Positions 55,301 to 64,000 of a stretch of 64,000 nucleotides of DNA are shown piece by piece; position 1 is the first letter of the stretch, and the number at the start of each line of letters is the position of its first letter. The DNA is from Auanema rhodensis. Lineage: Eukaryota; Animalia; Nematoda. Below the pieces are notes generated by a model. The model had not been told where the DNA came from, searched no databases, and worked only from the letters and a program-made list of their open reading frames with translations. The stretch lies in the NCBI GenBank assembly GCA_964057225.1, contig OZ059900.1:4464001-4528000 (forward strand). Reading direction: 5' to 3'. The position numbers and the translations under genes are program-made.

Positions 55301-58300
55301 ACTCTCTTTGGATACTTAGGTGGTATAGCTACCTGTTCACAAAAAATTGGAAGTCTTGGTTACCATGCATCAAATCCTTTAAGATAGTGTTTCTAGACTA
55401 ATATAACCATGGAGACTTCATTAAATTTCACAGTATTCTTCTATCTTCAACGGTATCCGAGTTACAAATCAAGATCACTTTCTTTGGATACTTAGGTGGT
55501 ATAGCTACCTGTTCACAAAAAATTGGAAGTCGTGGTTACCATGCATCAAACACAATAAGATAGTGTTTCTAGACTAATATAACCATGGGGACTTCATTAA
55601 AATTAACAGTATTCTTCTATCTTCAACGGTATCCGAGTTACAGATCAAGATCACTTTCTTTGGATACTTAGGTGATATAGCTACCTGTTCACAAAAAATT
55701 GGAAGTCCTATTTACCATGCATCAAACACAATACGATAGTGTTTCTAGACTAATATGACCATGGGGACTTCATTAAAATTAACAGTATTCTTTTATCTTT
55801 AACGGTATCCGAGTTACAAATCAAGATCACTTTCTTTGGATACTTAGGTGGTATAGCTACCTGTTCACAAAAAATTGGAAGTCTTGGTTACCATGCATCA
55901 AATCCTTTAAGATAGTGTTTCTAGACTAATATAACCATGGGGACTTCATTAAATTTCACAGTGTTCTTCTATCTTCAACGGTATCCGAGTTACAAATCAA
56001 GATCACTTTCTTTGGATACTTAGGTGGTATAGCTACCTGTTCACAAAAAATTGGAAGTCCTGGTTACCATGCATCAAACCCATTAAGATTGTGTTTCTAG
56101 ACTAATATGACCATGATGACTTCATTAAATTTCACAGTATTCTTCTATCTTCAACGGTATCCGAGTTACAAATCAAGATCACTTTCTTTGGATACTTAGG
56201 TGGTATAGCTACCTGTTCACAAAAAATTGGAAGTCTTGGTTACCATGCATCAAATCCTTTAAGATAGTGTTTCTAGACTAATATAACCATGGGGACTTCA
56301 TTAAATTTCACAGTATTCTTCTATCTTCAACGGTATCCGAGTTACAAATCAAGATCACTTTCTTTGGATACTTAGGTGGTATAGCTACCTGTTCACAAAA
56401 AATTGGAAGTCCTGGTTACCATGCATCAAACCCATTAAGATTGTGTTTCTAGACTAATATGACCATGATGACTTCATTAAATTTCACAGTATTCTTCTAT
56501 CTTCAACGGTATCCGAGTTACAAATCAAGATCACTTTCTTTGGATACTTAGGTGGTATAGCTACCTGTTCACAAAAAATTGGAAGTCCTGGTTACCATGC
56601 ATCAAACCCATTAAGATTGTGTTTCTAGACTAATATGACCATGAGAAATTCATTTAAGTTCACAGTATTCTTCTATCTTTAACGGTATCCGAGTTACAAA
56701 TCAAGATCACTTTCTTTGGATACTTAGGTGGTATAGCTACCTGTTCACAAAAAATTGGAAGTCCTGGTTACCATGCATCAAACCCATTAAGATTGTGTTT
56801 CTAGACTAATATGACCATGAGAAATTCATTTAAGTTCACAGTATTCTTCTATCTTTAACGGTATCCGAGTTACAAATCAAGATCACTTTCTTTGGATACT
56901 TAGGTGGTATAGCTACCTGTTCACAAAAAATTGGAAGTCCTGGTTACCATGCATCAAACCCATTAAGATTGTGTTTCTAGACTAATATGACCATGAGAAA
57001 TTCATTTAAGTTCACAGTATTCTTCTATCTTTAACGGTATCCGAGTTACAAATCAAGATCACTTTCTTTGGATACTTAGGTGGTATAGCTACCTGTTCAC
57101 AAAAAATTGGAAGTCCTGGTTACCATGCATCGAACCCATTAAGATTGTGTTTCTAGACTAATATGACCATGGGAAATTCATTTAAGTTCACAGTAGTCTT
57201 CTATCTTTAACGGTATCCGAGTTACAAATCAAGATCACTTTCTTTGGATACTTAGGTGGTATAGCTACCTGTTCACAAAAAATTGGAAGTCTTGGTTACC
57301 ATGCATCAAATCCTTTAAGATAGTGTTTCTAGACTAATATAACCATGGGGACTTCATTAAACTTCACAGTATTCTTTTATCTTTAACGGTATCCGAGTTA
57401 CAAATCAAGATCACTTTCTTTGGATACTTAGGTGGTATAGCTACCTGTTCACAAAAAATTGGAAGTCCTGGTTACCATGCATCAAACCCATTAAGATTGT
57501 GTTTCTAGACTAATGTGACCATGAGAAATTCATTTAAGTTCACAGTATTCTTCTATCTTTAACGGTATCCGAGTTACAAATCAAGATCACTTTCTTTGGA
57601 TACTTAGGTGGTATAGCTACCTGTTCACAAAAAATTGGAAGTCCTGGTTACCATGCATCAAACCCATTAAGATTGTGTTTCTAGACTAATATAACCATGG
57701 AGACTTTATTAAATTTCACAGTATTCTTCTATCTTCAACGGTATCCGAGTTACAAATCAAGATCACTTTCTTTGGATACTTAGGTGGTATAGCTACCTGT
57801 TCACAAAAAATTGGAAGTCGTGGTTACCATGCATCAAACACAATAAGATAGTGTTTCTAGACTAATATAACCATGGGGACTTCATTAAAATTAACAGTAT
57901 TCTTCTATCTTCAACGGTATCCGAGTTACAGATCAAGATCACTTTCTTTGGATACTTAGGTGGTATAGCTACCTGTTCACAAAAAATTGGAAGTCCTGGT
58001 TACCATGCATCAAACCCATTAAGATTGTGTTTCTAGACTAATATGACCATGAGAAATTAATTTAAGTTCACAGTATTCTTCTATCTTTAACGGTATCCGA
58101 GTTACAAATCAAGATCACTTTCTTTGGATACTTAGGTGTTATAGCTACCTGTTCACAAAAAATTGGAAGTCCTATTTACCCATGCATCAAACACAATACG
58201 ATAGTGTTTCTAGACTAATATGACCATGGGGAGTTCATTAAAATTAACAGTATTCTTTTATCTTTAACGGTATCCGAGTTACAAATCAAGATCACTCTCT

Positions 58301-58348
58301 TTGGATACTTAGGTGGTATAGCTAGCTGTTCACAAAAAATTGGAAGTC
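47762..58348 (+). repeat. Tandem duplication of a 30-monomer unit (5282 bp)
   Basis: Private variants at offset 5282: ggtggttt 48458/53740, cagtgttc 50681/55963, aatgtgacc 52233/57515, ggtgttat 52857/58139, gctagctg 53043/58325. Confidence 0.93.
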
Positions 58349-61300
58349 TTGGTTACCATGCATCAAATCCTTTAAGATAGTGTTTCTAGACTAATATAAC
58401 CATGGAGACTTCATTAAATTTCACAGTATTCTTCTATCTTCAACGGTATCCGAGTTACAAATCAAGATCACTTTCTTTGGATACTTAGGTGGTATAGCTA
58501 CCTGTTCACAAAAAATTGGAAGTCGTGGTTACCATGCATCAAACACAATAAGATAGTGTTTCTAGACTAATATAACCATGGGGACTTCATTAAAATTAAC
58601 AGTATTCTTCTATCTTCAACGGTATCCGAGTTACAGATCAAGATCACTTTCTTTGGATACTTAGGTGATATAGCTACCTGTTCACAAAAAATTGGAAGTC
58701 CTATTTACCATGCATCAAACACAATACGATAGTGTTTCTAGACTAATATGACCATGGGGACTTCATTAGAATTAACAGTATTCTTTTATCTTTAACGGTA
58801 TCCGAGTTACAAATCAAGATCACTTTCTTTGGATACTTAGGTGGTATAGCTACCTGTTCACAAAAAATTGGAAGTCTTGGTTACCATGCATCAAACCCAT
58901 TAAGATTGTGTTTCTAGACTAATATGACCATGATGACTTCATTAAATTTCACAGTATTCTTCTATCTTCAACGGTATCCGAGTTACAAATCAAGATCACT
59001 TTCTTTGGATACTTAGGTGGTATAGCTACCTGTTCACAAAAAATTGGAAGTCCTGGTTACCATGCATCAAACCCATTAAGATTGTGTTTCTAGACTAATA
59101 TGACCATGATGACTTCATTAAATTTCACAGTATTCTTCTATCTTCAACGGTATCCGAGTTACAAATCAAGATCACTTTCTTTGGATACTTAGGTGGTATA
59201 GCTACCTGTTCACAAAAAATTGGAAGTCTTGGTTACCATGCATCAAATCCTTTAAGATAGTGTTTCTAGACTAATATAACCATGGGGACTTCATTAAATT
59301 TCACAGTATTCTTCTATCTTCAACGGTATCCGAGTTACAAATCAAGATCACTTTCTTTGGATACTTAGGTGGTATAGCTACCTGTTCACAAAAAATTGGA
59401 AGTCCTGGTTACCATGCATCAAACCCATTAAGATTGTGTTTCTAGACTAATATGACCATGATGACTTCATTAAATTTCACAGTATTCTTCTATCTTCAAC
59501 GGTATCCGAGTTACAAATCAAGATCACTTTCTTTGGATACTTAGGTGGTATAGCTACCTGTTCACAAAAAATTGGAAGTCCTGGTTACCATGCATCAAAC
59601 CCATTAAGATTGTGTTTCTAGACTAATATGACCATGAGAAATTCATTTAAGTTCACAGTATTCTTCTATCTTTAACGGTATCCGAGTTACAAATCAAGAT
59701 GACTTTCTTTGGATACTTAGGTGGTATAGCTACCTGTTCACAAAAAATTGGAAGTCCTGGTTACCATGCATCAAACCCATTAAGATTGTGTTTCTAGACT
59801 AATATGACCATGGGGACTTCATTAAAATTCACAGTATTCTTCCATCTTTAACGGTATCCGAGTTACAAATCAAGATCACTTTCTTTGGATACTTAGGTGG
59901 TATAGCTACCTGTTCACAAAAAATTGGAAGTCCTATTTACCATGCATCAAACACAATACGCTAGTGTTTCTAGACTAAAATGACCATGGGGATTTCATTT
60001 AAGTTCACAGTATTCTTCTATCTTTAACGGTATCCGAGTTACAAATCAAGATCACTTTCTTTGGATACTTAGGTGGTATAGCTACCTGTTCACAAAAAAT
60101 TGGAAGTCCTGGTTACCATGCATCAAACCCATTAAGATTGTGTTTCTAGACTAATATGACCATGGGGACTTCATTAAAATTAACAGTATTCTTTTATCTT
60201 TAACGGTATCCGAGTTACAAATCAAGATCACTTTCTTTGGATACTTAGGTGGTATAGCTACCTGTTCACAAAAAATTGGAAGTCCTGGTTACCATGCATC
60301 AAACCCATTAAGATTGTGTTTCTAGACTAATATGACCATGAGAAATTCATTTAAGTTCACAGTATTCTTCTATCTTTAACGGTATCCGAGTTACAAATCA
60401 AGATCACTTTCTTTGGATACTTAGGTGGTATAGCTACCTGTTCACAAAAAATTGGAAGTCCTGGTTACCATGCATCGAACCCATTAAGATTGTGTTTCTA
60501 GACTAATATGACCATGGGAAATTCATTTAAGTTCACAGTAGTCTTCTATCTTTAACGGTATCCGAGTTACAAATCAAGATCACTTTCTTTGGATACTTAG
60601 GTGGTATAGCTACCTGTTCACAAAAAATTGGAAGTCTTGGTTACCATGCATCAAATCCTTTAAGATAGTGTTTCTAGACTAATATAACCATGGGGACTTC
60701 ATTAAACTTCACAGTATTCTTTTATCTTTAACGGTATCCGAGTTACAAATCAAGATCACTTTCTTTGGATACTTAGGTGGTATAGCTACCTGTTCACAAA
60801 AAATTGGAAGTCCTGGTTACCATGCATCAAACCCATTAAGATTGTGTTTCTAGACTAATATGACCATGAGAAATTCATTTAAGTTCACAGTATTCTTCTA
60901 TCTTTAACGGTATCCGAGTTACAAATCAAGATCACTTTCTTTGGATACTTAGGTGGTATAGCTACCTGTTCACAAAAAATTGGAAGTCCTGGTTACCATG
61001 CATCAAACCCATTAAGATAGTGTTTCTAGACTAATATAACCATGGGAAATTCATTTAAGTTCACAGTATTCTTCCATCTTTAACGGTATCCGAGTTACAA
61101 ATCAAGATCACTTTCTTTGGATACTTAGGTGGTATAGCTACCTGTTCACAAAAAATTGGAAGTCTTGGTTACCATGCATCACATCCTTTGAGATAGTGTT
61201 TCTAGACTAATATGACCATGGGGACTTCATTAAAATTCACAGTATTCTTCCATCTTTAACAGTATCCGAGTTACAAATCAAGATCACTTTCTTTGGATAC

Positions 61301-64000
61301 TTAGGTGGTATAGCTACCTGTTCACAAAAAATTGGAAGTCCTGGTTACCATGCATCAAACCCATTAAGATTGTGTTTCTAGACTAATATGACCATGAGAA
61401 ATTAATTTAAGTTCACAGTATTCTTCTATCTTTAACGGTATCCGAGTTACAAATCAAGATCACTTTCTTTGGATACTTAGGTGGTATAGCTACCTGTTCA
61501 CAAAAAATTGGAAGTCCTATTTACCCATGCATCAAACACAATACGATAGTGTTTCTAGACTAATATGACCATGGAGAGTTCATTAAAATTAACAGTATTC
61601 TTTTATCTTTAACGGTATCCGAGTTACAAATCAAGATCACTCTCTTTGGATACTTAGGTGGTATAGCTACCTGTTCACAAAAAATTGGAAGTCTTGGTTA
61701 CCATGCATCAAATCCTTTAAGATAGTGTTTCTAGACTAATATAACCATGGAGACTTTATTAAATTTCACAGTATTCTTCTATCTTCAACGGTATCCGAGT
61801 TACAAATCAAGATCACTTTCTTTGGATACTTAGGTGGTATAGCTACCTGTTCACAAAAAATTGGAAGTCGTGGTTACCATGCATCAAACACAATAAGATA
61901 GTGTTTCTAGACTAATATAACCATGGGGACTTCATTAAAATTAACAGTATTCTTCTATCTTCAACGGTATCCGAGTTACAGATCAAGATCACTTTCTTTG
62001 GATACTTAGGTGATATAGCTACCTGTTCACAAAAAATTGGAAGTCCTGGTTACCATGCATCAAACCCATTAAGATTGTGTTTCTAGACTAATATGACCAT
62101 GATGACTTCATTAAATTTCACAGTATTCTTCTATCTTCAACGGTATCCGAGTTACAAATCAAGATCACTTTCTTTGGATACTTAGGTGGTATAGCTACCT
62201 GTTCACAAAAAATTGGAAGTCCTGGTTACCATGCATCAAACCCATTAAGATTGTGTTTCTAGACTAATATGACCATGAGAAATTCATTTAAGTTCACAGT
62301 ATTCTTCTATCTTTAACGGTATCCGAGTTACAAATCAAGATCACTTTCTTTGGATACTTAGGTGGTATAGCTACCTGTTCACAAAAAATTGGAAGTCCTG
62401 GTTACCATGCATCAAACCCATTAAGATTGTGTTTCTAGACTAATATGACCATGAGAAATTCATTTAAGTTCACAGTATTCTTCTATCTTTAACGGTATCC
62501 GAGTTACAAATCAAGATCACTTTCTTTGGATACTTAGGTGGTATAGCTACCTGTTCACAAAAAATTGGAAGTCCTGGTTACCATGCATCAAACCCATTAA
62601 GATTGTGTTTCTAGACTAATATGACCATGAGAAATTCATTTAAGTTCACAGTATTCTTCTATCTTTAACGGTATCCGAGTTACAAATCAAGATCACTTTC
62701 TTTGGATACTTAGGTGGTATAGCTACCTGTTCACAAAAAATTGGAAGTCCTGGTTACCATGCATCGAACCCATTAAGATTGTGTTTCTAGACTAATATGA
62801 CCATGGGAAATTCATTTAAGTTCACAGTAGTCTTCTATCTTTAACGGTATCCGAGTTACAAATCAAGATCACTTTCTTTGGATACTTAGGTGGTATAGCT
62901 ACCTGTTCACAAAAAATTGGAAGTCTTGGTTACCATGCATCAAATCCTTTAAGATAGTGTTTCTAGACTAATATAACCATGGGGACTTCATTAAACTTCA
63001 CAGTATTCTTTTATCTTTAACGGTATCCGAGTTACAAATCAAGATCACTTTCTTTGGATACTTAGGTGGTATAGCTACCTGTTCACAAAAAATTGGAAGT
63101 CCTGGTTACCATGCATCAAACCCATTAAGATTGTGTTTCTAGACTAATATGACCATGAGAAATTCATTTAAGTTCACAGTATTCTTCTATCTTTAACGGT
63201 ATCCGAGTTACAAATCAAGATCACTTTCTTTGGATACTTAGGTGGTATAGCTACCTGTTCACAAAAAATTGGAAGTCCTGGTTACCATGCATCAAACCCA
63301 TTAAGATAGTGTTTCTAGACTACTATAACCATGGGAAATTCATTTAAGTTCACAGTATTCTTCCATCTTTAACGGTATCCGAGTTACAAATCAAGATCAC
63401 TTTCTTTGGATACTTAGGTGGTATAGCTACCTGTTCACAAAAAATTGGAAGTCTTGGTTACCATGCATCACATCCTTTGAGATAGTGTTTCTAGACTAAT
63501 ATGACCATGGGGACTTCATTAAAATTAACAGTATTCTTCTATCTTCAACGGTATCCGAGTTACAGATCAAGATCACTTTCTTTGGATACTTAGGTGATAT
63601 AGCTACCTGTTCACAAAAAATTGGAAGTCCTATTTACCATGCATCAAACACAATACGATAGTGTTTCTAGACTAATATGACCATGGGGACTTCATTAAAA
63701 TTAACAGTATTCTTTTATCTTTAACGGTATCCGAGTTACAAATCAAGATCACTTTCTTTGGATACTTAGGTGGTATAGCTACCTGTTCACAAAAAATTGG
63801 AAGTCTTGGTTACCATGCATCAAATCCTTTAAGATAGTGTTTCTAGACTAATATAACCATGGGGACTTCATTAAATTTCACAGTATTCTTCTATCTTCAA
63901 CGGTATCCGAGTTACAAATCAAGATCACTTTCTTTGGATACTTAGGTGGTATAGCTACCTGTTCACAAAAAATTGGAAGTCCTGGTTACCATGCATCAAA

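Larger units (their letters stand above)
1..64000. repeat. 176-bp tandem satellite DNA array (centromere-like), about 363 monomers, running off both window ends
   Basis: (a/g)accatg recurs at 1, 177, 353 and onward. The core aacggtatccgagttacaaatcaagatcactttctttggatacttaggtggtatagctacctgttcacaaaaaattggaagtc, or its reverse complement, is present in every unit. Some units are 177 bp (tttaccc instead of tttacc). Centromeric status is inferred only from monomer length, AT content and homogeneity. Confidence 0.98.
44675..64000 (+). repeat. Right forward-orientation satellite arm
   Basis: Forward monomers resume at monomer position 10 (gagttcattaaaattaacagtattc) and run to the window end. Confidence 0.97.

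Noticed and set aside
1-64000. CRISPR-like alternation of constant and variable segments
   Set aside because: The variable parts are close homologues differing by a few substitutions, not unique spacers. The constant part is about 80 bp, and there is no leader or cas gene.
1-64000. Protein-coding repeat or ORFs starting at the ccatg motifs
   Set aside because: 176 is not a multiple of 3 and the monomer is rich in taa/tag/tga on both strands, so only short chance ORFs are expected.

Overview
The whole 64 kb is one uninterrupted tandem satellite array of a 176-bp, AT-rich monomer (about 35% GC by hand count of the first unit; about 363 copies). It looks like a eukaryotic centromeric or pericentromeric satellite, but I cannot assign the family or organism. 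I see no genes, RNA genes, transposons or CRISPR arrays. The main structure is a strand switch: monomers run forward over 1-21354, are inverted over 21355-44655 (about 23.3 kb) and run forward again from 44675. The left junction is almost blunt and sits at an internal GTATCC/GGATAC inverted repeat. The right junction carries a 19-bp insert that appears to be locally templated. Diagnostic variants argue against a simple two-break inversion, because each end of the inverted block resembles the forward arm next to it. This fits two fold-back or template-switch events, or homogenisation across the junctions. Private SNPs also show nested tandem duplications of 6, 9, 10, 11, 12, 13, 29 and 30 monomers. 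Each monomer has a nearly invariant core of about 80 bp and a variable half built from a few shuffled haplotype blocks. All offsets and variant distributions were read by eye and need computational confirmation.
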